Shown: positions 30,951 to 41,655, numbered from the stretch's first letter. The stretch is 64,000 nt of DNA from Candidatus Multivoradales bacterium (GCA_965223155.1 CBDCVR010000014.1:1152001-1216000); one strand, 5' to 3'. The notes: a model not told the origin generated them from the letters alone. A program made the numbers and translations.

Positions 30951-31763
30951 ATGTCGGGAAACGTCGCATGGTGGGGCCCGTTCGAGGGGCCGGAGCCGGG
31001 TGGGCTGGATCTCACCATCGGTCCCCTGCGCCTGGCGATCGTCCGGACCGACTCCGAATGGCGCTTGGGATTCGAGTACGACGACGGAGTCGAATCCGAC
31101 CGGGTCCGGGCCGAACCGATCTCGCAACTCCCGGACGACCGCGCGATTCAGGAACGCTACGCGGTTGGCGGCGCTGAGGCGACTCTGGTTCTGGACCCGG
31201 CGACCGCGGACCGCGCCGTCGTCGTGCGACCCAGGGTGCCGGTCTTCGTACCGCCGGGCGAGACCCTGCGGGTCTTCGTAAGCTCTCCGGTCTGGGTTCG
31301 CGTCCGGGCCGCCCGCAATCGAACGGTCCTGCGCGAGATTCCGGCCAAGCGGTTGACCGACACCTGGTTCGGCTCATCCACCCGGGACGGCGAGCTGGCC
31401 TACGCGCTCCGGTCGAACGCCCGCACGAGCCTCTCCGAGCTGCCGCCGATGCGCCACCGAGTCCTGACCCCGGTCACTGTTCGGAACCGCTCGGAGGCGA
31501 TGCTTCCGGTCGATCGCTTGAGCCTTCCCGTGCCCTATCTTTCGGTCTTTGCCGATGGGCGACGGCGGCTCTGGACCGAGGCGGTCGCCATGACTCGTAC
31601 CGAAGACGACGAGCTCGCCGCTCTCGACATCGGCCAGGGCGCGCCCGCCGAAGCCGAGAGCGCGGAGCAAGTGAGCAAGCCGCGAGCCGCCGCCGACACC
31701 AACCTCCTGGTGCGGGCCTTCTCCACCCTGCTCGAGACCTTTGCCGAGGAAGACGACGCATGA
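30951..31763 (+). CDS. DUF432-like protein
   Basis: PATADRAVVVRP, DTWFGS..GELAY; translationally coupled to mscS, as is typical for this family. Confidence 0.6.
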   Translation: MSGNVAWWGPFEGPEPGGLDLTIGPLRLAIVRTDSEWRLGFEYDDGVESDRVRAEPISQLPDDRAIQERYAVGGAEATLVLDPATADRAVVVRPRVPVFVPPGETLRVFVSSPVWVRVRAARNRTVLREIPAKRLTDTWFGSSTRDGELAYALRSNARTSLSELPPMRHRVLTPVTVRNRSEAMLPVDRLSLPVPYLSVFADGRRRLWTEAVAMTRTEDDELAALDIGQGAPAEAESAEQVSKPRAAADTNLLVRAFSTLLETFAEEDDA

Positions 31764-32581
31764 GCGACCTCTGGACCGAGCTGGGCGTCTGGGCAACGCC
31801 CGACAAGATCTTCGCCGCCGGCCGAGCGGTGGTGCTCTTGGTCCTGGGCTATCTACTGGCGCGGGTCGTGAGCCGGGTTCTCTATCGGGCGGTCCAGCCC
31901 CGGCTCGAGCTTCAGAAGGCGGTTCTCGTCCGGCGCGGGGTCTTCTACTTCCTGGCCCTTCTTTTCGTCGTCGCCGCCTTTCACGAGCTGGGCTTCAACC
32001 TCGGGGTCGTGCTGGGCGCCGCCGGCATCCTGTCGGTGGCGCTCGGCTTTGCCTCCCAGACCTCGGCGTCCAACCTGATCTCGGGACTTTTCCTTCTGGG
32101 GGAACGGCCGTTCGCGATCGGGGACGTCATCCACGTGGGCGGCACCACCGGCGAGGTTCTGTCGATCGACCTGCTTTCGGTCAAGCTCCGGACCTTCGAC
32201 AACCTGTTCGTGCGCATTCCCAACGAGACCCTGATCAAGTCCGAGGTGCGCACGTTGACGCGCTACCCGATCCGGCGTTTGGATCTCCACTTCGAGGTCG
32301 CCTACAAGGAAGACATCGAACGGGTGCACGAGATCCTCCTCGAGCTGGCCGACGAGAACCCGATGTGCCTCGACGAGCCCAAGCCGCTCTTCGTTGTGCA
32401 GGGCTTTGAGGAATCGGGCGTGCGCCTCCAGTTTTCGCCTTGGACCACGCAGCAGAACCTCGTCGAGCTCAAGACGTCGATCCAGACCGAGATCCTGGAG
32501 CGCTTCCGCCGGGAAGGAATCGACATCCCCTTCCCGCACTGCGTGGTGCTTCCGGCCGGGGAGCCCGACCGCCGCGCCTGA
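31760..32581 (+). CDS. mscS: Small-conductance mechanosensitive channel
   Basis: GAAGILSVALGFASQ, SNLISG, RPFAIGD, IPNE, GIDIPFP. Confidence 0.93.
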   Translation: MSDLWTELGVWATPDKIFAAGRAVVLLVLGYLLARVVSRVLYRAVQPRLELQKAVLVRRGVFYFLALLFVVAAFHELGFNLGVVLGAAGILSVALGFASQTSASNLISGLFLLGERPFAIGDVIHVGGTTGEVLSIDLLSVKLRTFDNLFVRIPNETLIKSEVRTLTRYPIRRLDLHFEVAYKEDIERVHEILLELADENPMCLDEPKPLFVVQGFEESGVRLQFSPWTTQQNLVELKTSIQTEILERFRREGIDIPFPHCVVLPAGEPDRRA

Positions 32582-32593
32582 CGGATTCGAAGC

Positions 32594-33208
32594 TCAGAGG
32601 TCCGGCAGCTCGTCGACCAAGTTCTGCGCGCGAAGCTCTTCCTTCGTCTCGCTCCATCTGCGCGCGACGTGCTCCAGCTCGATGTAGAGCGTCGGAATCC
32701 CATACCGTTCCCGAGCAACCTCTATTAGGTTCCGGTAGCGATTGTAGACGTAGATGACCCGGCTGCCGCTGATCTTGAACGCCAGCTTGTCGTGAATCGA
32801 GCCGGCTCCCACGGCGGCGCAGAGGTCTTCGAAGTGATTGAGGTGGGTTTTCAGCCGAATGAAGGCCGGGCTATCGTCAAACAGAGCCTCGGCGGTACGG
32901 CGACTCAAGCTCTCAAGGCGGCCACAGTCGTACTTCGTCTCCAACTCCAAGCAGATCTGGGTCTCGAGCTCTGCGTCATCCAATCGATCGTCGATCGCTC
33001 GCTGAGCCTGAAGCTTGTTCCAACTGTTCGACTGACGAAGCTGGCGTTCAACTAAGCGGATCTGGTTCTCGGTAAGTCCGATCTGGTTGGCCGCCAGCTG
33101 AACCTGCTTGGCAACGTAGACCAGCGAAAACAGAGCCGCGGCCGAGATGACTAGGCCAGCGAACGAAATCCAAACGTTCAGAGAAGGAACAATCGCATCT
33201 GGAAACAA
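32594..33208 (-). CDS. DUF4760-like protein (N-terminal TM helix plus helical domain)
   Basis: TM plus Gln-rich coil, LNHFEDLCAAV..G, C-terminal LYIELEHVARRW; lower GC. Confidence 0.65.
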   Translation of the reverse strand: MFPDAIVPSLNVWISFAGLVISAAALFSLVYVAKQVQLAANQIGLTENQIRLVERQLRQSNSWNKLQAQRAIDDRLDDAELETQICLELETKYDCGRLESLSRRTAEALFDDSPAFIRLKTHLNHFEDLCAAVGAGSIHDKLAFKISGSRVIYVYNRYRNLIEVARERYGIPTLYIELEHVARRWSETKEELRAQNLVDELPDL

Positions 33209-33322
33209 GGAAATCCCCGAGCTTCGCAGACTCCGAGTCTTCCCCGCGGCCCTGGGGCCGGAAACTTCGGGTTAGATGGTGTCGCGGTTCATCGTTGTCT
33301 GACAGTCGGTAACTGTTGGCAA

Positions 33323-33351
33323 AATATAGACTTCGGTGGATTTCATGTCAA
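33323..33351 (-). promoter_or_regulatory. Near-consensus sigma70 promoter
   Basis: TTGACA (33351-33346)-17 nt-TATATT (33328-33323). Confidence 0.75.
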
Positions 33352-33471
33352 GCAGCTCGCAAGGAAAATCAACGCAAACTCCATGCCACTCCGGGCCTGA
33401 AATACCGACAACGCCGCCGCCTGCATCTCTATTCCCATTGGGTCACTCGACCTCCAAAGCACGCCTCGCGG

Positions 33472-34272
33472 CTACGAGAACTCGGGGTCGCGCTTGGCGA
33501 CGAAGGCGTCGTAGGACTCCCGGAAGTTGGGATCCTCCATGCACGCGGCCTGGATCTCGACCTCGGCCTGGAGGGCGGATTCAAAGTCCATGGCCGCCTC
33601 GCGCAGCACCATCTTCTTGGTGACCTCGAGGCCGAACGATGGTCCCCGGGCCAGCCGCTCGGCCCAGGAACGCGCCAGGGCGGGCAGCTCGTCTTTCGCC
33701 GCCACCCGGTTGTAGAGGCCTATGCGATGGGCCTCCTCGGCGGAGACGAAGTCGCCCGTCATCAGGAGCTCCATCGCGCGCCCCTGGCCGACGATCCGGG
33801 GCAGGAGCCAGGCAGCGCCCATGTCGGCGCCCGAAAGGCCGACCTTGGTGAACAGAAAGGCGATCCTGGCGTCGTCGGCGGCGATGCGCACGTCGCAAGC
33901 GCTGGCGATAACCGCGCCGGCTCCGGCCACGAGGCCGTTCAGCGCCCCGACGATGGGGCGCCTGCAGCGCAGCATGGCCAGCACGAGCGCGCCGGTCTTG
34001 CGAGTGAAGTCCAACAGACCCTGGTAGTCCTTGCCGAAGAGCTCGCCGATGATGTCGTGGACGTCGCCGCCGCTGCAGAAGGCCTTACCCGCTCCGGTGA
34101 GGAGAATCGCCCGAACTCCGGGCTCGGTGTCCAGGGCTTCGAAGGCCAGCCGTAGCTCTTCGTAAACCTCGAAGGTCAGCGCGTTGTAGCGTGCGGGCCG
34201 ATCCAAGGTGAGAATCGCGACCCCCGAGCCGCCGTCCAGCTCGTAGCGGAAGCTCTTGGGCTCGAGGGTCAT
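33472..34272 (-). CDS. Enoyl-CoA hydratase/isomerase (AbmC-like)
   Basis: AFCSGGDV, AGAGA, FLFTKVGLSGADMG, LPRIVG; ATG 34272. Confidence 0.9.
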   Translation of the reverse strand: MTLEPKSFRYELDGGSGVAILTLDRPARYNALTFEVYEELRLAFEALDTEPGVRAILLTGAGKAFCSGGDVHDIIGELFGKDYQGLLDFTRKTGALVLAMLRCRRPIVGALNGLVAGAGAVIASACDVRIAADDARIAFLFTKVGLSGADMGAAWLLPRIVGQGRAMELLMTGDFVSAEEAHRIGLYNRVAAKDELPALARSWAERLARGPSFGLEVTKKMVLREAAMDFESALQAEVEIQAACMEDPNFRESYDAFVAKRDPEFS

Positions 34273-34721
34273 GGGCTCGTCTCCCCGGAATTCGACTCCG
34301 GCCTGCTCTTCGGGGAATCTCCAGGCAGCGCGGCCAGCGCCTGAATCTCGACCTTCGCGCCCCGATCCACTAGCGCCGAGACCTCGACCAGGGCCATCGC
34401 CGGATAGTGGCTGCCCATCGTCTCCCGGTAGCCCGCGCCCACCGGTCCGAGCGAGCTCAGATACTCCTTCTTGTCGGTCACGAAGATGGTGAGCTGAAGG
34501 ACGTGCTCGGCAACGCCGCCGGCCTCGGTCACTACCGCCAGGACGTTCGCCAGGGCCTGCCGGAACTGCTCGGAGAATTCCTCGGAGACGAGGCGCATCG
34601 AGCCGTCCCAACCGATCTGGCCAGCCACCGCCAAGAGGCGCGAGCCCGCTGGAGCCAGAACGCCATGCGAGTACCCGCGCGGCGCCCCCAGGGTCTGGGG
34701 ATTCACGATCTCGGGCCTCAT
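34269..34721 (-). CDS. RidA/YjgF family protein
   Basis: PRGYSHG, AGQIGWD, HYPAMALVEV, VEIQALA. Confidence 0.9.
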   Translation of the reverse strand: MRPEIVNPQTLGAPRGYSHGVLAPAGSRLLAVAGQIGWDGSMRLVSEEFSEQFRQALANVLAVVTEAGGVAEHVLQLTIFVTDKKEYLSSLGPVGAGYRETMGSHYPAMALVEVSALVDRGAKVEIQALAALPGDSPKSRPESNSGETSP

Positions 34722-35497
34722 GCCTGGACACCGCCCCCGTCCAGCACAAGCGCCTGGCCGTTGACGCCGCCAGAACGAGAATCGCACAGGCCGAGCACCT
34801 GGAACGCCACCTCGTCGGCCGTGAAGATCCGTCCCTGGGGACTCGCGGCTTCGAGCCTCCTGCGGGCCTCGGCTTCGTCGAGGCCGGTCTTGCCCACGAT
34901 CCGCGCCACCGATTCGACCGTCATCTCGGTGTCAACGTAGCCGGGGCAGACGGCGTTGACCGTCACGCCCCGGGCCGCGACCTCGCTCGCCGCCGCCCGG
35001 GTGAAGCCCACCACCGCGTGCTTGGCGGCCACGTAGGCCGCGATGTACGGCGCGCCGATGCGGCCGGCGATCGAGGCGATGTTGACCACCCGGCCCCAAC
35101 CGGCTTCCAGCATGCCGGGCAAGAACGCTCGGGTGCAGAGAAACGTGCCGGTGGCGTTGACCGTCAGCAACCGGTTCCAGTCGTCGAGCGTGGTCTTGAC
35201 CAGCGGCGCCGAGTACGCGGTGCCGGCGTTGTTGACCAGAATGTCGATGTTCCCGAGCCGGTCGATCGCGGCTTCGGCCAGGGCTTCGACCTCCACCTCG
35301 CTGGCGACGTCGCAGGCAAGAGCGTGAGCTTCGCCGCCGGCTTCCCGGATCTCGGCGGCCACGGCCTCGATCTCGTCCAAACTCCGGGCCGAAACCGCCA
35401 CCGCGGCTCCTTCTCCCGCCAGCAGCCGTGCCACCGCCGCGCCGATGCCACGGCCTCCTCCGGTCACGACCGCCCGCCGTCCTGCCAGCACGCTCAC
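34718..35497 (-). CDS. SDR family oxidoreductase (3-hydroxyacyl-CoA dehydrogenase-like)
   Basis: TGGGRGIG, NNAG, YVAAK, VNAVCPGYVDT. Confidence 0.92.
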   Translation of the reverse strand: MSVLAGRRAVVTGGGRGIGAAVARLLAGEGAAVAVSARSLDEIEAVAAEIREAGGEAHALACDVASEVEVEALAEAAIDRLGNIDILVNNAGTAYSAPLVKTTLDDWNRLLTVNATGTFLCTRAFLPGMLEAGWGRVVNIASIAGRIGAPYIAAYVAAKHAVVGFTRAAASEVAARGVTVNAVCPGYVDTEMTVESVARIVGKTGLDEAEARRRLEAASPQGRIFTADEVAFQVLGLCDSRSGGVNGQALVLDGGGVQA

Positions 35498-35509
35498 CTC
35501 GACAGAATA

Positions 35510-36304
35510 CTAAGTTTCGGTCGGACCCGCTCCGGTCTGACCTGCGGCTTCGAGCACCGCTTCCTCCAGAATGCGGCCGAGCACGGCGACCGTCTCGCGG
35601 CCCTCGGCGGCGCTGGCGGCGGCCGGGTCTCCGAAATAGGCCTCGGGGCCGCCGGCCTCGGCGAAGGTAGCCTTGCCCGCCTGGATCGCGGGAACCAGAG
35701 AAACCGGGTTGGGCGGCAGCTCTTCGCGGCCGGGCCGCACCAGGTCGGGGCGCTCGGCCAGGACGATCGAGCTCTCGTACTGGCCGGCGTGGCAGGCGCC
35801 GCTTCGGAACTCCTCGGTCAACCACAGCGCCCAGGGCTTGCGGGTCACGTCGGGAAAGACCACGCGGAGGGCGGCTGCCGGCCCAGCTTCGGCGACCGCA
35901 TCCGCCGCGGCCCGCAGCGAGGCCAGATGCGTGGGATCGAGATGGGCGTTGGCTATCGCCAGCCAGCCGATGCCGGCTCGACCCAGCGAGCGCGCGATGT
36001 CGGTGACGACCGCGGTGACCGTCTCCGGACGCAGGGACACCGTGCCCGGAAACTCGGCGGCAAAGGGCGCCGCGGTGTAGTCGAGCGCCGGCAACACCAG
36101 AGCCGTCCAGCCCCGCCGCTCGAGGCGCCGGGCGCCCTCCCGCGCCATGGCCTCGGCGATGACGCCGTCGGTGGCGAGCGGCAAATGGGGGCCATGCGCC
36201 TCGACCGCGCCGACGGGCAAGACCGCCACGACCGGAGTCGCGGTCTCTTTGCCGAGGTCGCGCACTTCGGTCCAGGAAAGCTCGGACCATCGTCTAGCGG
36301 CCAT
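35510..36304 (-). CDS. Creatininase family amidohydrolase
   Basis: [31 protein letters not shown]. Confidence 0.9.
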   Translation of the reverse strand: MAARRWSELSWTEVRDLGKETATPVVAVLPVGAVEAHGPHLPLATDGVIAEAMAREGARRLERRGWTALVLPALDYTAAPFAAEFPGTVSLRPETVTAVVTDIARSLGRAGIGWLAIANAHLDPTHLASLRAAADAVAEAGPAAALRVVFPDVTRKPWALWLTEEFRSGACHAGQYESSIVLAERPDLVRPGREELPPNPVSLVPAIQAGKATFAEAGGPEAYFGDPAAASAAEGRETVAVLGRILEEAVLEAAGQTGAGPTET

Positions 36305-36400
36305 CTCCGGAGTCTAGCCTGACCGCGCGAGCGGAACGCCTCGAGGAGGCTCCGCGTCGCGGGTGCCACGTCGTTCGGGGTCGATCGGCACCGATCCGTT

Positions 36401-36428
36401 CCAGTCCGAGCCAGTCCGAGCCAGTCTG
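36401..36428. repeat. 10-bp direct repeat CCAGTCCGAG x2.8 in a divergent promoter region
   Basis: ccagtccgag ccagtccgag ccagtctg. Confidence 0.85.
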
Positions 36429-36456
36429 TGGCAGGGCGATATGCTCCGAGCCACCC

Positions 36457-37641
36457 GTGGCGGACACGACCTTTCTCCAGTGGCCCTTCTTCGAGGACTC
36501 CCATCGGCGGCTTGCCGCGGAGCTGGAAGCCTGGTGCGAAACGCAACTGGGAGGCGCCGGCGACGATCCGGAGGACGTGGCCGGCGCGACCCGCGCACTC
36601 GTCAACTCCCTCGGCCGGGACGGCTGGCTGCGGCACGCGGTCGTCGCTCCGCACGGCGCCGGCACGGCTCTCGACGTGAGGACTCTGTGTCTTTGCCGGG
36701 AAACCCTGGCTCGGTATGACCCGCTCGCCGACTTCGCCTTCGCCATGCAGGGGCTCGGCAGCGGCCCGATCTCGCTCTTCGGAACCGACGAGCAGAAGGC
36801 CCGCTTCCTGCCCGGAGTTGCGTCCGGCGCGAGCCTGGCGGCCTTCGCCCTGTCCGAGGCCGAAGCCGGCTCCGACGTCGGCGCTCTGACGACCCGGGCC
36901 GTCGCCGATGGAGACGGCTTCGTTCTGAGCGGCGCCAAGACCTGGATCTCGAACGCGGGCATCGCCGGCCACTACGTGGTCTTCGCTCGGACCGACGAGC
37001 CGACCGAGGACGCGACCGGCACCCGCAATCTCGCGGCCTTCGTGGTCGAGGCCAATCGCGACGGGCTGGCGATCGAAGCGCCCATCGAAACCGTGGCGCC
37101 TCATCCTCTCGGCACGATCGGTTTCGATGGCTGCCGGGTGCCAAAGAAGAACCTCCTGGGCAAGCCCGGTGACGGCTTCCGGATCGCCATGGCGACACTC
37201 GACGTCTTCCGCTCGACGGTGGGCGCCGCCGCCCTGGGCATGGCCCGCCGGGCGCTCGAGGCGAGCATCGCCCGGTCCCGCGAGCGCCACGTCGGCGGCG
37301 AGCCGCTGGCCACGAGGCAGCTCATCCAGGCCAAGCTCGCGGACATGGCCCTCGACATCGACGCCGCGGCGCTCCTCGTCTACCGGGCAGCCTGGACCAA
37401 GGACACCACCGGCGATCGCGGCACCCGGGTGGCGGCGATGGCGAAACTCGCGGCCACCGAGGCGGCGCAACGTGTGATCGACGAGGCGGTCCAGATCCAC
37501 GGCGGCACCGGCGTCGTCAAGGGCGGGGTTCCCGAGAGGCTCTACCGAGAGATCCGCGCGCTGCGCATCTACGAGGGCACCAGCGAGATCCAGCGGCTCG
37601 TTATCGCCCGCCAGCTCTTGCGGGAGAATTCCCGGGCATGA
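36457..37641 (+). CDS. Acyl-CoA dehydrogenase (AbmD-like)
   Basis: [41 protein letters not shown]. Confidence 0.93.
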   Translation: MADTTFLQWPFFEDSHRRLAAELEAWCETQLGGAGDDPEDVAGATRALVNSLGRDGWLRHAVVAPHGAGTALDVRTLCLCRETLARYDPLADFAFAMQGLGSGPISLFGTDEQKARFLPGVASGASLAAFALSEAEAGSDVGALTTRAVADGDGFVLSGAKTWISNAGIAGHYVVFARTDEPTEDATGTRNLAAFVVEANRDGLAIEAPIETVAPHPLGTIGFDGCRVPKKNLLGKPGDGFRIAMATLDVFRSTVGAAALGMARRALEASIARSRERHVGGEPLATRQLIQAKLADMALDIDAAALLVYRAAWTKDTTGDRGTRVAAMAKLAATEAAQRVIDEAVQIHGGTGVVKGGVPERLYREIRALRIYEGTSEIQRLVIARQLLRENSRA

Positions 37642-39977
37642 AGATCTCGGTCATCGGCGGCGGGCCCGGAGGCCTCTACTTCGCGCTTCTGGCCAAGAAA
37701 GAGTGGCCCGGCCACGAGATCACCGTCTACGAGCGCAACCGGCCCGACGACACCTTCGGCTTCGGCGTCGTCTTCAGCGACGAGACCTTGGGCATCTTCC
37801 AGGACTACGACGAGCCCTCGTACGAGGCCATCCGGCGGAACTTCGCCTATTGGGACGACGTCGAGATCGTCTTCAAGGACCGCTCCTTCCGGATCGCCGG
37901 CAACGGCTTCGCCGGCTGTTCGCGCCAATCGCTGCTACGGCTCCTGCAGGAGCGCTGCCGCGAGCTGGGCGTCGAGCTGGTCTTCGAATACGAGTTCGAG
38001 CCCGCCTTGCTGGACCAGGATCCATTCGCCGCGAGCGATCTCGTGGTGGCCGCCGACGGCATCAACAGCAAGATCCGCGAGGCGTTTCCGGACGAGTTCG
38101 GGACCACGGTCGACGAGCGCGAGAACATGTTCTGCTGGCTCGGATCGACGCGTGAGTCCGACGCCTTCGAGTACTTCTTTCGCGACAGCGGCCATGGACC
38201 GATCGTGGCCCACTGCTACCAGTACGAGCCGGGCCGTAGCACTTGGGTGATCGAGCTGTCAGAGGAGACTTGGCAAGGGCTCGGCTTCGACCGGCTGGAC
38301 GACGCCCAAGGCGAGCACATCCCGACCATCGAGAACCTCTTTGCCGACGTCCTGGACGGCCACCGGCTCCTCGACAACCGTTCCCTGTGGCGGCGGTTCC
38401 CCACCATCCGGAACCGTTCCTGGGTCAAGGACAACATCGCGCTCCTGGGCGACGCCAAGACCACCGCCCACTACTCGATCGGCTCGGGCACCAAGCTGGC
38501 CATGGAGGACGCCATCGGCCTACTGGAGGCCCTGCGCGCGCACTCGACCGTCCCCGAGGCGCTTGCCGGTTATCAGGAGCTCCGCGGCGACGAGGTGGGC
38601 AAGACCCAGCACGCCGCCGACGTGTCGCTGCGCTGGTTCGAGGCCATGGATCTCCATTGGAACCAGGATCCCGAGCAGTTCGCTTTCGGAGTCATGTCCC
38701 GCTCGAAGCAGATCACCTACGAGAACCTCCAGCTCCGGGATCGGGACTTCGTCGCCGTCGTAGACCGCTGGTTTCTGGACCGGGTCCGGGAGCAGGGCTT
38801 CGAGGTCGCCGAGGGCACGCCGCCGATGTTCACGCCCTTCCGGTTGCGCGAGATGGTCGTGCCCAACCGCGTGGTGGTCTCGCCCATGGCCCAGTACTCG
38901 GCCGTCGACGGGGTGCCGGGCGACTGGCACTTCCAGCACCTGGCGAGCCGCGCCTTGGGAGGGGCCGGCCTGGTGTTCGTCGAGATGACCTGTCCGTCGC
39001 CCGAAGCCCGGATCACGCCGGGCTGTACGGGACTCTGGAACGGCGAGCAGTGCCAGGCCTGGAAGCGCATCGTCGACTTCATCCACGCCGAAAGCGAGGC
39101 CAAGCTCTGCTTGCAACTGGGGCACGCCGGCCGCAAGGGCTCGACCCAGTTGGGCTGGGAGACCATGGACCGGCCGCTGCCGGACGGCAACTGGCCGCTG
39201 GTCTCAGCCTCGCCTCTGCCCTACCTCGACGACGTCAGCCAGAAGCCCGAAGAGCTTTCGGAAGACGGCATGCGGAGGATCACGGAGGAATTCGTGGACT
39301 CGGCGCAGCTGGCCGAGCGCGCGGGCTTCGACATGCTCGAGCTCCACATGGCCCACGGGTACCTGCTGGCGAGCTTCATCTCGCCGCTCACCAATCAACG
39401 CACAGACGCCTACGGCGGTTCAATCGAAAACCGGATGCGCTTTCCTCTGGCGCTCTTTCGAGCGGTGCGCGGAGCCTGGCCGGACTCGAAGCCCATGTCG
39501 GTCCGAATCTCGGCCGAGGACTGGGCCGAGGGCGGTCTTTCGACCGGCGACCTGGTCGCCTTGACCGGCCTGCTGGCCGAGGCCGGGGTGGATCTCATCG
39601 ACGTTTCCACCGGCCAGACCGTGCCTTGGCAGAAGCCGGTCTACGGCCGCATGTACCAGACGCCTTTCGCCGATCGCGTGCGCCACGCCCACGGCATCGC
39701 CACCATGGCGGTCGGCAACATCACCACCCCGGACCAGGTCAACACGATCGTGCTCCAGGGACGGGCGGACCTCGTCGCGATTGCCCGCGCGCACCTGACC
39801 AATCCGTACTTCACGCACCATGCCGCGGCCTGGTATGGCTTCGACGGACACTCCTGGCCCAAGCAGTACTGGTCCGGCCGCGACCAGGCGCTACGCCTCG
39901 CCGAACGCGAGCGCGAGGAGTATCAGCGGGACAAGGAAGCCCTCCGGCCCAAGAGCCACGCGGTCGAAGACTCCTGA
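37638..39977 (+). CDS. abmA: Bifunctional anthraniloyl/salicylyl-CoA monooxygenase-reductase
   Basis: [36 protein letters not shown] fused to an Old Yellow Enzyme domain (VSPMAQY, HAGRK, HMAHGYL, NRMRFPL). Confidence 0.92.
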   Translation: MKISVIGGGPGGLYFALLAKKEWPGHEITVYERNRPDDTFGFGVVFSDETLGIFQDYDEPSYEAIRRNFAYWDDVEIVFKDRSFRIAGNGFAGCSRQSLLRLLQERCRELGVELVFEYEFEPALLDQDPFAASDLVVAADGINSKIREAFPDEFGTTVDERENMFCWLGSTRESDAFEYFFRDSGHGPIVAHCYQYEPGRSTWVIELSEETWQGLGFDRLDDAQGEHIPTIENLFADVLDGHRLLDNRSLWRRFPTIRNRSWVKDNIALLGDAKTTAHYSIGSGTKLAMEDAIGLLEALRAHSTVPEALAGYQELRGDEVGKTQHAADVSLRWFEAMDLHWNQDPEQFAFGVMSRSKQITYENLQLRDRDFVAVVDRWFLDRVREQGFEVAEGTPPMFTPFRLREMVVPNRVVVSPMAQYSAVDGVPGDWHFQHLASRALGGAGLVFVEMTCPSPEARITPGCTGLWNGEQCQAWKRIVDFIHAESEAKLCLQLGHAGRKGSTQLGWETMDRPLPDGNWPLVSASPLPYLDDVSQKPEELSEDGMRRITEEFVDSAQLAERAGFDMLELHMAHGYLLASFISPLTNQRTDAYGGSIENRMRFPLALFRAVRGAWPDSKPMSVRISAEDWAEGGLSTGDLVALTGLLAEAGVDLIDVSTGQTVPWQKPVYGRMYQTPFADRVRHAHGIATMAVGNITTPDQVNTIVLQGRADLVAIARAHLTNPYFTHHAAAWYGFDGHSWPKQYWSGRDQALRLAEREREEYQRDKEALRPKSHAVEDS

Positions 39978-40016
39978 GCCGGCGCTGCTAGGAACCGGCG
40001 CCTCGAGTCCTGGAGG

Positions 40017-41555
40017 CTAGCCCGCCGCCTCGAAGTCGGCGCGGAGCTTGCCGCGGTCGATCTTGCCCAGGTGGGTCCGCGGCAGGTCCTCCATGAGGAC
40101 CACGGTGCGCGGATACTTGTAGGGCTCGAGCCGGTCGCGAGCCCAGGCCTGGAGCTCGGCTTCGAAATCCTCGGGCGCCGCGCCCGCGGCCACGACGAAG
40201 GCACACGGCTTGGCCAGCCCCTCGGCGTCCGCGACTCCGACCACCGCAACCTCGGCCACCGCGGGATGCGACACCAGGCAGTTCTCGAGCTCCTTCGGCG
40301 CCAGCCACTTGCCCGAGACCTTGAGCATGTCATCGCCCCGGCCGCAGTAGACGAAATAGCCATCGGCGTCCTGGCGGACCATGTCTCCCGAAACGAACCA
40401 CTCGCCGCGAAAGGCTTGCCGGGTCTTTTCCGGCCGCTGCCAGTAGCCGTGGGCCCGGGAGTCGCCCCGCACCCAGAGCAGACCCACCTCGCCCGGCGCG
40501 GCGTCACGCCCCTCCTCGTCCCGGACCCGGACTTCGAAGCCCTCAACCGCGGTTCCGAGAGTGCCGGGCCGAACCGCGCCCGGGTGATTGGTGAGGAAAA
40601 CGTGCCACATCTCGGCGGTTCCCAGGCCGTCCAGGATCTCGCTGTCGTAGGTCGCGACCCAGCGGTTGTACAGCTCTTCGGGTAGCGCCTCGCCCGCGCT
40701 GGTCGAGAACCGGAGCGACGAGAGATCTCGATCGGCGGCTCCGGGCGCGGCCAGGAGCTTGCCGATCATGGTCGGGACGTTAATCAGGATGGTCGGCCGG
40801 TGGCGCTCGATGGCGTCGAAGAGCCGCTCCGGGGTCGTTCGCTCCGGGAACAGAACCGCCGAGGCTCCGACCGCGAAGGGAAAGAGCAGATTCGAGCCCG
40901 TGGCATAGCCGAAGAAGAGCTTGGGAACCGAGAGCGTCCGATCCGTCTCCCGGTAGCCGAGAGCGCCCTTGGCGTAGAGCTCGGTGGTATTGACGAACGA
41001 GTTGTGGCTCTGCACGACGGCCTTGGGCTTGCCGGTGGTGCCGCCCGAGAACAACCACACCGCGGCATCGTCGGGATGGGACGGGAAGGTCTCGAGATCG
41101 GCCGGAGCGGCGGCGACCGCGGCCCGGAACTCGGCCGAATCGGCGACCAACGTCGCCAAGAGATGCGAACTGTCCGCCGAGGCTTCGACCAGGTCGGGAA
41201 GGGTCGCCCGTGCCGTCACCACGGCCCGCGCCCGCGTGTACTGGAGAAAGTAGGCCAGCGACTCGGCGCCCAGGTCGGGATTGACCATGACCACGACCGC
41301 GCCGATCTTCAAGGTGCCGAAAATCGCCGCCACCATCTCGACGCCATCGGGCAGGGCAAGGAGCACCCGCTCTTCCGGACGCACGCCGGCCTCGCGCAGG
41401 ATCCGGCCGTACCGGTTTGCCAGGTCCCGGACGTCGCCGTAGCTATGGGTCGAGCCGTCGACCACAAGCGCGGGAGCATCGGCCCGCCCCTCCTCGATCC
41501 GAGCATCCAGGAAGTACGAAGCCATGTTGCCGCCGGGCGCGGATACCGTGGTCAT
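40017..41555 (-). CDS. Benzoate/2-aminobenzoate-CoA ligase family protein
   Basis: FSGGTTGKPK, KLFFGY, SAGEALP, DGLGTAE, GRGDDMLKVSG, YKYPR. Confidence 0.9.
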   Translation of the reverse strand: MTTVSAPGGNMASYFLDARIEEGRADAPALVVDGSTHSYGDVRDLANRYGRILREAGVRPEERVLLALPDGVEMVAAIFGTLKIGAVVVMVNPDLGAESLAYFLQYTRARAVVTARATLPDLVEASADSSHLLATLVADSAEFRAAVAAAPADLETFPSHPDDAAVWLFSGGTTGKPKAVVQSHNSFVNTTELYAKGALGYRETDRTLSVPKLFFGYATGSNLLFPFAVGASAVLFPERTTPERLFDAIERHRPTILINVPTMIGKLLAAPGAADRDLSSLRFSTSAGEALPEELYNRWVATYDSEILDGLGTAEMWHVFLTNHPGAVRPGTLGTAVEGFEVRVRDEEGRDAAPGEVGLLWVRGDSRAHGYWQRPEKTRQAFRGEWFVSGDMVRQDADGYFVYCGRGDDMLKVSGKWLAPKELENCLVSHPAVAEVAVVGVADAEGLAKPCAFVVAAGAAPEDFEAELQAWARDRLEPYKYPRTVVLMEDLPRTHLGKIDRGKLRADFEAAG

Positions 41556-41655
41556 GGGCGAGTTCCGTTTCTACCACCGCCCGCCGGAGGCGCCAAGACG
41601 GCGGCCCGGACCGGGCTCGCCCGGGCTCGAAACCGAACAAGCATAGAATTCTCGG

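Noticed and set aside
36429-36445. sigma54-like TGGCAGGGCGATATGC upstream of the acyl-CoA dehydrogenase
   Set aside because: GG-to-GC spacing is one base too long for a -24/-12 promoter.
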